DNA from: Felis catus
Lineage: Eukaryota
Reading direction: 5' to 3'
NCBI RefSeq assembly: GCF_018350175.1
Contig: NC_058368.1
Location: 221,280,001-221,344,000, forward strand
Length of the DNA stretch: 64,000 nucleotides
Made by a program: the position numbers and the translations under genes. Each line of letters begins with the position of its first letter. Positions within the stretch are counted from its first letter, which is position 1. Positions 37,488-48,915 of the stretch are shown here, piece by piece. The notes under the pieces were generated by a model, which saw nothing but the letters and a program-made list of their open reading frames with translations, was not told the origin of the DNA and did not search any database.

Positions 37488-38365
37488 GCCATAGCATATA
37501 TTTTAACATTATTTGTATATAAATACATGAACAATTTTTGGGTTTTTGCCAAATTCTAAATAATATGTTTTTAGGCCATCAGCAGGTGTAATCCTCCTAC
37601 CCAGAAAAATAACACAACCATTTTCTTGCAGGTTAATTTCTGCTGCTGAGGCTTGTGCCCTGGTTTTCACTGACATTGAATTATTACCTACAGCTATAAA
37701 TCTTGAGTCAATTTTCTATGAATGGCATTTCACAGGTACAGGGTATATTAAGCCTGCTTCCCACTTAGATAATGGTCTTCCCACCATGCTTTATTAAGTT
37801 AGCTAGCTTCAGTTTATGTTGTTTAATGTAAACTGACTTCTAATTTTCCTACAAACTGTTATATTTGATTACAAGCTATAGTGAAAGGAAACCTCATTGT
37901 CAGATTTGGGATAAAGAGACTTCCTGTGTTCTATTCTTAAAGAACATATCAGACAATGAGGATCTAAAAATAAATAAACGGATATATCCAATGACAATTA
38001 TTTCAAAGTCCTCTTTTAAGCTGAAAATAAATGATAAATATAAATATACATAAATATTTTTCCTGCTACTTAAAGTTACGCAGTCTAGATAAAACACCTA
38101 AATATATTTTATGAAATAAAACTATTTGATTATTTATTGCAGTATGAAAGTTTAAAGTTTTCTCATATATATTCTCTTTTTTGTTAGATTAGGGCTTGAG
38201 ATCTGCTCTTAGTAAGAAGTAATCTATGGATTTGATAATTTGGTAATTTTTCAGAATCTCATTTACACAATTCTATGTTATACATTTCAATTTATAAGGA
38301 TTACACTGCTCCTCCATAAATGAGGTTGTATAAACCAAGGCTAATATAAAGTTTTTCATATGGAA

Positions 38366-38560
38366 GGGAGCCTGGGAGGCTCAGTCAGTTGAGCATCTGA
38401 GTCTTAATTTCAGCTCACAGTTTGTGAGATTGAGCCCCGCATAGGATTGTGCAATGACAGCATGGAGCCTTCTTGGGATTCTCTCTCTCTCCCTTTCTCT
38501 CTCCCCCTTCCCTGATCTAGCTTTCTCTCTCTCAAAATAAATAAATAAACATTTAAAAAT
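38366..38560 (+). mobile_element. CanSINE
   Basis: TSD tttcatatggaa on both sides. Confidence 0.95.
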
Positions 38561-38978
38561 ATTTCATATGGAAACATAAACCTAGATGATCTCTTTCTCA
38601 TAAATGATAAACGGTTTTGCTTTACACAAAAATGTGTGTTGTTTTACCAATAAGATAGTAATTTCATAATCATAAACAAAATGGTGGAATTTACTGAAAT
38701 ATTTCCTGACTTCCTATTTACTACTAATTTTGTGGTAAAATTTGTATCTCTGATTTTTCATGTCATGTGATTTCTTCACAAAAATGAAGGAAGAAAATTT
38801 CTTTATTATGAGATCATCATTGCAAGAATTGCATTCACTCACACAATTTGCTCATTATTGTGCATTTTGTGCTCTGTGTTGAGAAAATAAATGCATTTTA
38901 TGCTTATGCAAAATTAGCAAAGTTATAAACAATACTTAATTTGACTATTGGAGGGAAAGTTACAATAATAGCATGTTT

Positions 38979-39005
38979 AATTTTTTTAATGCTTATTCTT
39001 GAGAT

Positions 39006-39048
<43 letters not shown>

Positions 39049-39210
39049 AAGCAGGGGAGGGTCAGAGAGAGAGGGAGACAGAATCTGAAGCAGGCTACAG
39101 GCTCTGAGTTGTCAGCACAGAGCCTGAAATGGGGCTCAAACCCATGAACTACGAGATCATGACCTGAGCCAAAGACAGATGCTTAACCTGCTGAGCCACC
39201 CAGGTGCCCC
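38979..39210 (-). mobile_element. CanSINE
   Basis: Perfect TSD aataatagcatgttt (38964-38978 / 39211-39225). Confidence 0.97.
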
Positions 39211-40049
39211 AATAATAGCATGTTTCTTTGGGATAAATTATTAGGAAGTTTGTATCATATTTGTAAGTTTGATGGGCCTCATGACTCTTTGAGGTAAACT
39301 ATCATATACATTTACAGTTGAAGAAATGAAGGATGCAAAAAAGCAAGTAATTTATCTACACTTAAAGCAATGCTGTGGAATCTGGACTCTAGACTTGATT
39401 TTTAACACCTTTCTACCGCCTCTCCTCTCCATAATTTAAAGCATCAACAAACCAACACTGAATCTTGTATTTATTGTGATGTAATTCCCTGTCTTCTTAT
39501 TTTAATCGTATTTCATTATTCCTTCATTTTCTGCCTTTCCTAGATCTTAGACATACAGACCATCAATAAAATGGCGATATGTTTCTTGATTCTTTCTATA
39601 GAAACCCTTTTCAAATTTAAAGACTTAACCATTATTTTCCATGTTTCACATTAAGTAACTTATGCCAATAAACATAAAATATATATCTTCTATTGGGGTT
39701 TCTGAAAATAAATTATTGTTTATGGTCAACGGCCAATAGATAAAATTGACTTAATTTTTTTGTTATTGTTAATGAAAACATCAGTGTCGTGAACCTAAAA
39801 CTGCTCTAAAAAAAACCCTAATGGAAAAATTTAAATATTTTTACAAGAATACCAATATGCCTACTTAAACTTTTGTATTTAACATAATTTTTAATTGTAA
39901 TACATGGAATCATGTGTTGATTGGAAGTAGATCTAGTTTAATTTCAATTTTTTTTTTTACGGGAAGAAGCATGATACATTTCTGATGAGTATAGAACTGT
40001 TCTAATTCTGAAATGTTTACAAATTTGAGGCTGAATGCTCCATTGTATT

Positions 40050-40550
40050 AGTTAAGCTTTCTGAAGTGATACACATCTCATGAATGATAAATCATCCTGC
40101 CATCACTGATCAATTACAGATGTGGCTGCATCGCAGCAAGCAATTGCCTCTTGCCTAAAACTGATTACTCTTATTACCTGACAAGTCACTTCACAATTTT
40201 AAATGAGAACTGAAGACCAAATATACAGATTGGTTGCACTCTTAGTGTGATTGATAAGGATTTAATTATAAATCATATTTTAATTCAGTTATTCTGTTCA
40301 ACCAAGTATAACTTATGAAATTTAATGTATAAAATATTAATTTACGCTATAATTGAGTTTGTAGTTTTACAAGGGCTCATTGCCCCAGAATGCGGTGGGT
40401 GACATCAAAAAAGATAGCTCAGTAACCTGCCCGGTGAATGAGCCTAATAAATAAATCCTGCCTCATCAATATAAAAAGTCTGTGTCTGCAGTTTCACTTC
40501 TCATCAAAGTATAGCAGAGACAAAACCAAAACAAATCTGACTTCAAGTTC
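40050..40550. promoter_or_regulatory. Candidate conserved non-coding element / developmental enhancer
   Basis: Repeat-free block with TGATAAAT, TGATCAAT, CAGATG, TGACA, TGATTGATAAG and CATCAAAG motifs. Motif-based inference only. Confidence 0.35.
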
Positions 40551-41668
40551 TTTAGAAAGACAAATTCAAAGTTAAAATGTATGTAGACTTAATAACGGAT
40601 TTTTCAAATGGTGTGTGTCTCAGAGAAGTTATCATCATCATCATCAATTTATGTTTATTGAGTTCCCACTGGGTATTTGGCACTGGACCAGACTGAGCAG
40701 AGGAAATAATGATTTGAAACATTTCTAGAGTTCCTGCATTCCTAAATAACATTAAAGCAAAGCAGATAACCATTTATATTTTCAAGCCCAAATACGTTTA
40801 TGAAACTTTGAGTATTTTTTTAAAAGGATTTTTTTTCTGCTTCTGATAATATTTTCTTTTAAAGAGCAGCCTTAACTTCATGAGAAGAATGCTAAGCTGA
40901 TGCCTTGGAGAATCTTTTGAAGGCATATTGTTATGCTTCTCTTTCAGCAAACCTAAATGGCCTTTTTAGTTTTCATTGTCTGCTATGGTTTTTAAGTGCT
41001 TTTTAAGTTTTCCTGACTTGCATCCTACACAGGAAGCTTCAGTGAATACGGAATGTGTGGTTGCAGTCAGGAAAATCACACTCATTAAAATGATATTCTG
41101 AGGTTGCCCATTTATTTGCTATTTATGAAATGCGTATCGAATTTGCTTATTGTGTAAAAGTCAAGGACTGATTGTTCTGTCAGAACTGGAGACACAGCTT
41201 TTGATCTGAAATTTAGCTCTCTACGTTCTTCGTCTGTCCTGTCATCATCATGAGGATCTTCTTATTCTGAACTTAACCTATGCTTGCTTTAAAAATAGTT
41301 TGCTGCTTGCTATTCTAGAGCAGGAGGGATATAAGAATAAAAGACCTGCACTGAACTACTAAAAAAAATTAAGTTAACAATTAGCTCAGCCTACCCACCA
41401 ACAAAATGCTATTGAAACATAAAGGTGCAAGGTAGTGATGCTTTTAGTATTGAATTTATTATTCTGTGAGACGGTAATTTTCTTCTTCTCCCCTATCAGT
41501 TGTATGGCCCTTTTTACTAAAATTACAGTTTCATAGAATGAGGGTTATTTTCTTATGAACCTTTGGTTCACATTTATTTACTACTTATTTTGTGCAAGCT
41601 AGTATGGAGTAGCACATAAGGATTGGAATAACTTCCTTGCCCTCTGGGAAATTATTGTACAGTTGGAC

Positions 41669-41873
41669 TGTGATACACTGCATTACCATTATTCAAAATA
41701 TGTTCTGACCCTCCCTTCAAGAATAATAGACTTACAGCATCTTACGAGGGGCTCTTCCAGCTGGAACCCAGAATAAAGATAGTGACCAGTGATGGACATG
41801 AGCTCTAAGCAGGAAACAGCCCTTTGTTGTTCAAAGCCCAAGAGGTTGTAAATTTAGCATAGCCAATGAATAC
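41669..41873 (+). mobile_element. Old MaLR LTR remnant (MLT1J/I-like, internally deleted)
   Basis: Starts 'tgtgatacactgcattaccattattcaaaatatgttctg', later 'ggacatgagctctaagcaggaaacagccctttgttgttcaaagcc'. Confidence 0.6.
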
Positions 41874-42254
41874 TGGGAGGAAAGTCAAAGATCTCGTGTC
41901 AAATGTTTCACCTTAAATCCCTTTCTGATACAGCATCAAATACTAAGTACATATATCTTCTGTAAATAAATATCAGAGATTTGATTTCTGGGGTTTTACT
42001 TGTTTGTTTGCTTGCTTGCATTTTACCTAGGTATGCTCTGCTTTAAGAATATTCAGTTTATGATAATTCTAATTTATAAATAAAAACTTGGGATCTTTAT
42101 TTGATAAAATGCTGTATTGACTTATTTTAAATAGAAAAAAGCCATTCCATTTTTAAAACAATGAATTTGCATATTTGAAAAACCTGCAGCAAAAAATTGG
42201 ACAACGCATTTGCAATTTTCCCACTCCAAGGTAATCAAACAAAGTGACTTTGAA

Positions 42255-42467
42255 GGGCGCCTGTGTGGCTCAATTGGTTAAGCCCCTGACTTTGGCTTAG
42301 GTCATGATCTCATGGTTCATGGGTTCAAGCCTTGTATTGTGCTCTGTGCTGTCTGGGCAGAGCCTGCTTTGGATCCTCTGTGTCCCTCTCTCCCTGCCTC
42401 TTCCTTGCACATGTGCATGCATGTGTGTTCACTCTTTCTCTCTCAAAAAATAAACATTAAAAAAAAT
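42255..42467 (+). mobile_element. CanSINE
   Basis: Perfect TSD aaagtgactttga (42241-42253 / 42468-42480). Confidence 0.97.
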
Positions 42468-43032
42468 AAAGTGACTTTGATATATAACCTTTCTTAGTTA
42501 TTTTAACAATGTATGTTAATTTTATATCTCCTCTACCTGAAACATAAAGTCACTTATGTTTAATTTCTACACTTCTAATATATTATGTTTTCTGTCTCTT
42601 CTTAGGTATCAATTGATTCTATTTACTGTACTTCCTATTTTTTTCTCACTTTTCCACTTTCTTAGGTCCCATGTCAGAAACTGATCATGGAAAACAAATC
42701 TTAACCCTTTCTCTTGGGTCAGAATAAGGGAGGATCAAAGTGGCTTTAGTTCTGAAAGAGTTGCTTTAGTTTAAGGATGAAGACTTATGAATATGATACC
42801 CCAAATATCTACCCACTGCTCAATAGATGTAAGCCTCAGTATGTCTCAATCTCCTTGTCTCTCCTCCTCCTCTTTTCTTCCTTCTTCCTCCTTCTCCCCC
42901 TCTTTCTCTTCCTCTTTCTCCTTCTTTTTTCTGTCCCCACCTCTGCAGGAAATCTAAAATGATCATAATGAAAGGATGATGTTTTATTAGTCTAGTTCAC
43001 ATATCCTTTGCTTTAGTATGAAATAAAAATTA

Positions 43033-43246
43033 GGGGTGTCTGGGTGGCTCAGTTGGTTAAGCATCGACTTCAGCTCAGGTCATGATCTCACCACTCGTGA
43101 GTTCGAACCCTGCGTCCGGCTCTGTGCTGACAGCTCAGAGCCTGGAACCTGCTTCAGATTCTGTGTCTCCCTCTCTCTCTCTCTGCCCCGTTCCTGTTAA
43201 CACTCTGTCTCTTTCTCTCTGAAAAATAAATAAACATTAAAAAAAA
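43033..43246 (+). mobile_element. CanSINE
   Basis: Perfect TSD gaaataaaaatta (43020-43032 / 43247-43259). Confidence 0.97.
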
Positions 43247-43448
43247 GAAATAAAAATTAAAATGGAAGATTCACAAATTTATTCTACACATGTCTGAAGA
43301 ACATTTTATTAGCTGAATCACAAGTTTCTATAAATTTCCATTTCCATAATTAAATTCATGATTTTATTTAGTTCTTCTGATCTACCATCATACTCTCAGT
43401 TATCACAACACTGTCACAACACAGGATCCCTGTGAAGCTAACTATACT

Positions 43449-43540
43449 GTTTTGTTTGTTTTTAATGGAAATATACTTGACACACAATGTGACATTAGTT
43501 TCAGGAGCACAATATAGTGATTGGGCAAGTCTACACTCCA
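43449..43540 (-). mobile_element. Short L1_Carn-type 3' end fragment
   Basis: 'tttaatggaaatatacttgacacacaatgtgacattagtttcaggagcacaatatagtgatt'. Confidence 0.75.
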
Positions 43541-43707
43541 TTTTATATTCTGATAAGCTAAGATGTTTACCATTCCAGGTAGAAAAAAACCAAATGTCCA
43601 CAGATTGCTGCTAATATCTGTATAAAGTCTTTTGTCTTTTATCCCTTCCTTTCCCACATAGGACTTTGATATTGTGGTATTTTCTTAGTTCTGTTGTCTC
43701 TTTTAAG

Positions 43708-43953
43708 TTTTTTTTTTTTTTTTACGTTTATTTCTTTACTTTTTGAGAGACAGAGAGAGAAAGAGAGAGAGAGGGAGAGAGAGATAAAGAGAGCAAGTTG
43801 GGGAGGGACACAGGTGGAGAGAGAAATCCCATGCAGGCTCCTTACTGTCAGTACAGAGCCTGATGGGGGGCTCGAACTCATGAACTGTGAGATCATGACC
43901 TGAGCCGAAACCAAGAATCGGATGCTTAACCTAGTGAGGCAGCTAGGGGCCCC
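43708..43953 (-). mobile_element. CanSINE
   Basis: Full antisense body; degenerate TSD atattgtg..ttctta. Confidence 0.95.
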
Positions 43954-44379
43954 AATATTGTGTCCTTCTTAAAAAGGAGTAAAAGAGGTTGAAATCCTAG
44001 CTTACTTGTGAATTTTTTGCTGCTTCTATATTCCTCTCATCATTCTCTCCTGAGAATATACTCCTAGAGTATCATATGATTCTAGTTTTGTTCTAATTCA
44101 TATAATTGGAGCACCCATCTACATTACCTATCCTTCCTTTAACTCATAGTGCTTAATTAACATCTCTAAAATATTTCCTGATTTGCTTTAACTCTAAATC
44201 TAAGTTGTTCTGATGTTTCTTTTTCTCCATAACACAGATTGGGTGTGTGACAAAATGTCTGTTTTCTTCTGAAAACTGAGGTTATGGGGAATTAGTACAT
44301 AACGTTTTCCTAAATGATCTTATATTTTTCTAGGCCCTCAAAAATACAGGATTTTCACCAGAGCAGAGACATCTATACT

Positions 44380-44389
44380 GATATATTAT

Positions 44390-44432
<43 letters not shown>

Positions 44433-44492
44433 TACATATACATATATATGTATATATTTTTTATATTTATATAATTTTATAATTTATATATA
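44380..44492. repeat. (TA)n/(TACA)n microsatellite
   Basis: Seen directly. Confidence 0.9.
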
Positions 44493-44649
44493 AAACCACT
44501 AATGTTTTTTTCCTGTTGGATATATATTTTTATGATTGATTTACATAGGCCTGAAGACCTTCATGTATAATTAAAATAGTTTCACCATTTGAGAAATATG
44601 TCTGTGCATATACAGATGTGCCTATAGAAGCCTGTATGTATGGACAGAC

Positions 44650-45350
44650 AGGGCAAACTGAAAGAGATCCCCGGTAAGGGAAACAGCAAGGTTGGCCTTG
44701 CTGGTCCCCTGTAAGAAAATCTACCCTGACTAAAAATCAAATCTGACATAGCCACTGAAGGCCCGAAGGCTGAGAGGACAATGGCTTCCGGTTCAGTTTG
44801 AAGCCTATTACTTCAATTGCCTCAATCCATGCACATTAAACTTTTGTGAGCATTCACTGGAGAAGAAAAAAAAATTGTAATCCTTCGGAGGTCGTGCAAT
44901 CTTCAGATGGAACTTTGATAAGTGATACTCGTATAATAGGACTAAGAGAACCTCCCCCTACACATTTCACATGGGATAATGAACTTTGATTCTGAGCCGA
45001 CAGTTTCATGCAGCAGTGTGCACGCATTTCCTGAGTGGTAGGTCAGCAAACGGAGCTTGCTAGCCCTTGCCGGAGGCAGCCTGAAAAAGGCAAATTGGCC
45101 AGGTTTATTAGCGCCGTGTGAGATCTCTGTAGACCGTAAACCACCAGAATCAAAGGTAGCTGTACGCACGCATTAACAAGAATCCCTTTGTTCCCACTGG
45201 CTAATGAGACCTAAACACAGGAGGACTGGTTTCTAAAGTGACTTGATTTGACAAGTCCGCTTGGCCCATAGAAGTTTCTCTCCTGATTGTTTTCAAAATG
45301 AAGACTATTTCGGTCCTTTAATTTCCTCCAAGCAACCGAAACGATTCTTC
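44650..45350. promoter_or_regulatory. Candidate enhancer (CpG-retaining; TCF/LEF x3, SOX, ETS motifs)
   Basis: About 19 CpGs in ~680 bp of unique DNA; CTTTGAT at 44913 and 44984, ATCAAAG at 45149; ACAATGG 44778 abutting CTTCCGGT 44785. Confidence 0.5.
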
Positions 45351-45757
45351 TCTATTAAGGTATTCCAGACTTAGTAAATTAAGATGGAAAAAAGGAGGAA
45401 CTTGTAAAGACAGGTTCAGAGAGTGCAATATTTGCCTTAGTTTTTTGGATGATGATGAGGCTTAAACACTGAAGTGCAGTTCTAGACCAAACACACTGAC
45501 TGAAAGTGAGTTTTGCGTGTGTCAACACACTGGTACCAGTCACAGTTGCCCTAACTATCCTCTTCAATTTGTGCGTATAAACAAAATCTAAATTTGGATC
45601 TGGCTACTTTGCATGGGGACGTATTGTATCATTAATTGTATTATAATTATGTTAGCACTATTAATTGCATGAACAAGGGTTATTTATCACCCAAATGCTT
45701 ATCCTTTGAGTTTCCTGTAGCTACAAGGCATAAAATAGGTATTTTTTAAACACTCTA

Positions 45758-46461
45758 TAGGTATCCCCCACTTGTTAAATTTGCCTTGAGCCACTTTGCT
45801 CTTATGTAAGATCTTCATTAATACCTGTTTTCACCAATTCAAAGAAGCTCTTTCCTTTTACAAAAGAAGGTGAAAAAGCAAAAAATAGCATCCACTTTTG
45901 TTTCTCAAGGAGGCTTTATAAGGGCCGGGTGCACCTTGAACGGCGAGGGTGGCGCCATCTAGGTCCTTCCTGGCGAACTACACTCGGCATCTCCGTGTCA
46001 AGCCACTGTAGTTTGAAGTGTGTATGTAGATGAGATTTATCTAGATGTATTTTGCCCATCCATTAGTAAGGTGTGTCCTAAAGTATCAGAAAAAGCTAAA
46101 AGAGGTAATTTTTTGGGTCTGGGAAAGTTAAAAAAAATGTTTCCATTAATGTAAGTTAATGGCAGTTGCTTCTTTGTTTTACACCGCTTTAGCTTACAAA
46201 AGGTTTCATAGTGGGGAACCTGGGTTACTCAGTCAGTTAAGCATCCTTGATTTCGGCTGGGGTCATAATCTCCCAGTTCCTGTGATCAAACCCCATGTCC
46301 AGCTCTGTGCTGACAGGGCAGAGACTTATTTGGGATTATTTTTCTCCCTCTCTCTCTTGTTCGTGCATCCTCTCTCCCAAGCTAAATAAATAAACATTAA
46401 AACAGGAAAAAAAAAAAAGGTTTCATAGGAAAATTCTACTTTCAAATGGTAGGGGGACCTG
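45758..46461 (+). mobile_element. Tigger1a-like non-autonomous Tc1/mariner (pogo) DNA transposon, interrupted by a CanSINE
   Basis: Terminal inverted repeats taggtatccccc ... gggggacctg flanked by TA (45756-45757 / 46462-46463); internal 'ccactttgctcttatgtaagatcttcattaatacc' matches Tigger1a as I recall it. Confidence 0.85.
46213..46414 (+). mobile_element. CanSINE nested in Tigger
   Basis: Perfect TSD aaaaggtttcatag (46198-46211 / 46415-46428). Confidence 0.96.
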
Positions 46462-46482
46462 TATATAAAAATTTCTCATTCT

Positions 46483-46572
46483 GGGGCACCTGGGTGGCTT
46501 AGTTAAGTGTGTGACTCTTGGTTTCAGCTCAGGTCATGACCTGACAGTTCAAAATAAATAAATAAACTTAAA
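46483..46572 (+). mobile_element. Internally deleted CanSINE (head joined to tail)
   Basis: Head up to 'catgacctgacagttc' followed directly by 'aaaataaataaataaactta'; TSD-like aaaaatttctcatt / aaaaattttcatt. Confidence 0.9.
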
Positions 46573-46614
46573 AAAATTTTCATTTTATATATATATTTTA
46601 AAGTGAAAACAACT

Positions 46615-46860
46615 GGGGGCTCCTGAGTGGTTCAGTCAGTTAAGCATCTGACTTCAGCTCAGGTTAAGCATCTGACTTCAGCTCAGGTCATGATCTGGCG
46701 GTCCGTGGGTTGGAGCCCCGCATCGGGCTCTGTGCTGACAACTCAAGAGCCTGGAGCCTGCTTCAGATTCTGAGCCTCCTTTTCTTTCTGTACCTCCCCC
46801 ACTTGCACTCTCTCTCTCTCTCTCTCTCTCTCTCAAAAGTAAATAAACATTAAAAGAAAA
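46615..46860 (+). mobile_element. CanSINE with internal 24-bp tandem duplication
   Basis: TSD taaagtgaaaacaac / taaagtgaagacaac; gttaagcatctgacttcagctcag occurs twice (46639-46686). Confidence 0.96.
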
Positions 46861-46984
46861 TAAAGTGAAGACAACCAGCATTGTATGGAGTACTTATCCA
46901 GATTACATTCAGTTCAACAAGCACTACAAATATATGACATTCCATGAATTTCTCTTCTTGGTATTTGTGTTTATAATATTTATT

Positions 46985-47150
46985 TGTATATGTATACACA
47001 CATACATGTATATGTATGTGTGTATACATATACGTATATGTATACACACATACATGTATATGTATGTGTATACATATATGTATATATACATATATGTATA
47101 TACGAACGTACATGTATGTATATACGTACATAAATATATATGTATATATA
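46985..47150. repeat. Alternating purine/pyrimidine (TA/CA/TG) microsatellite with long palindromes
   Basis: Seen directly; explains ORFs 46850..47173 and 46865..47158. Confidence 0.93.
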
Positions 47151-47755
47151 GTGGATAAAGATTTAATTTTCAATTAAATGATGCAAATAATGTGTATTAA
47201 ATTCACTTTCAGAGATGACATCTTTTGACTTATAATCTCCATAAGCTTTATCCCCCTTCTTCCTTTCATTTCTCATTAAGTAAATCAAAACCCATACAAA
47301 TACAGCCTCATCAGATATCTGACATATAATCTAAACTCTCTGCATATGCTATTTTTTTCTACTATGATAAAGGGGTAAATGATTTTTTCTTTTACATAAA
47401 ATATTAACCCAGAGATGTCTGCTTTCATCCACTCAAGGACTCAGACATGTTGTATACAAACATACTGCAAAATTAATATTTTCCTTCTTAAATTAAAAAA
47501 AAAAAACTTATTTAATCCCAGTGACCTCAATGACCACTCATGTTTATGATCCTTCTTTACTTTTACGTTTTTTGTTTTTGTTTTTGGAAGGGTATCTGCA
47601 TTCTCTAGGTTTCTATTCCATCTCATGAGTTGTAAATTTCTTATCCTTTTGGATAACCTTTTGCCCTTTTTCTCGACCTTTACATTTTGGAGTTCCTTCA
47701 CCCATACTCCTGTAGCTACAAACTCTTCTTAGATGGGATAGCATCTAATACCATA

Positions 47756-48051
47756 TGTATTAGTCTGCTAGGACGTTTATAACAAGATACCACAAACCTT
47801 GCACCTTAAAGAACAGAAATTTATTTTCTTACAAGTTGGAAGGCGGGAAGTTCTGGATCAAGGCTTGTGGATGGCTGCCTCTCACTGTGCCTCGTGTGCT
47901 CTTTTCTCTGTTCATGCACATCCATGGTATCTCTTTCTCTTCCTATAAGGCCACCATAACTCATCCATATTAGAGTATTGTCCCACCTGATGTACTGGGA
48001 GTTGGGACTTCGACATATCCATTTTTGGGGGACACAATTCAGCCTATATCA
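47756..48051 (-). mobile_element. MaLR solo LTR (MLT1A/B-like) with internal deletions
   Basis: 'tgtattagtctgctagg...aacagaaatttattttcttaca...ttcgacatatccatttttgggggacacaattcagcctata'. Confidence 0.88.
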
Positions 48052-48304
48052 CCATCACTCTGAGTTATGTCCAGCCTATTTATCTCCAGATTTATATACA
48101 TTGTCTATTGACATTGCAAGTTTGAGGTATAATCCACATCTCTTAATATATCCAAAATAGAACAAAGCAGCACCTAGAAAACAACTCCATCCATTGAATA
48201 GATTATTGCCTTAGTTTCCTAATATCTTAGACTTTCTGCCATCAAGCTCCACCCACCATATATTCTTCTTAAAGCAGAATGATCATGTTAAAATAAAACT
48301 GACA

Positions 48305-48417
48305 TAGCCTGATCAATCATTTGGCTTGCCTGAGGTTAAGAGTGTTCATAGAAAATAAGACTTTCAGAGAGAAAACTGAGAAAGTTCTAGGCAAACCAGG
48401 ATGAGTTGGTTACCTTA
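48305..48417 (+). mobile_element. MER81-like hAT-Blackjack MITE
   Basis: 'gactttcagagagaaaactgagaaagttctaggcaaaccaggatgagttggttacctta' matches the MER81 3' half; ~113 bp. Confidence 0.75.
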
Positions 48418-48700
48418 AATTCATGTAATGTCACTCTTTGGTGCAAAAACCTCCAGAGGGCATTCATCTGACCATATTTGCTGTCAGAATTATTTTAAAG
48501 ATTTGTATACACCTCCCTGACTTTATTTTCTGCTTTTTTTAAAATTTGACTTCAGACAAGATATTTACAAAAACATCGAAATTTCTGTCTCCGCAAAGGC
48601 TAACTTCAGAACTTACTGCCTCGATAAAAAGTTTTAATACACGCCCTAAGCTGTCCTGCAGCAAAAACCCACTAGGGCCTCTCAGGAAATAGTTTGCAGC

Positions 48701-48915
48701 CATAGTTGTCCTCCTGCCCAAGAGATACTTCTCTCCAGAAGCCTGGAGACATTTGGCAAAGTCTGTAACCAGTTTCTGTTGTCACAGCAGGCATGGGGTG
48801 CTACTGGCACATAGTGGGTGGAGGCCGGGAATGCTGGGATGCTGATTACAGGCACAGTCAGCCCCCACAAGCTATGCAGCCTACAATTACAAGGGCACCA
48901 ACAGACATTGTCCTA
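48701..48915 (+). mobile_element. MER20 (hAT-Charlie)
   Basis: 'gacatttggcaaagtctg...ttgtcaca...ggggtgctactggcacatagtgggtggaggccgggaatgct...acagtcagcccccacaa'. Confidence 0.88.
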
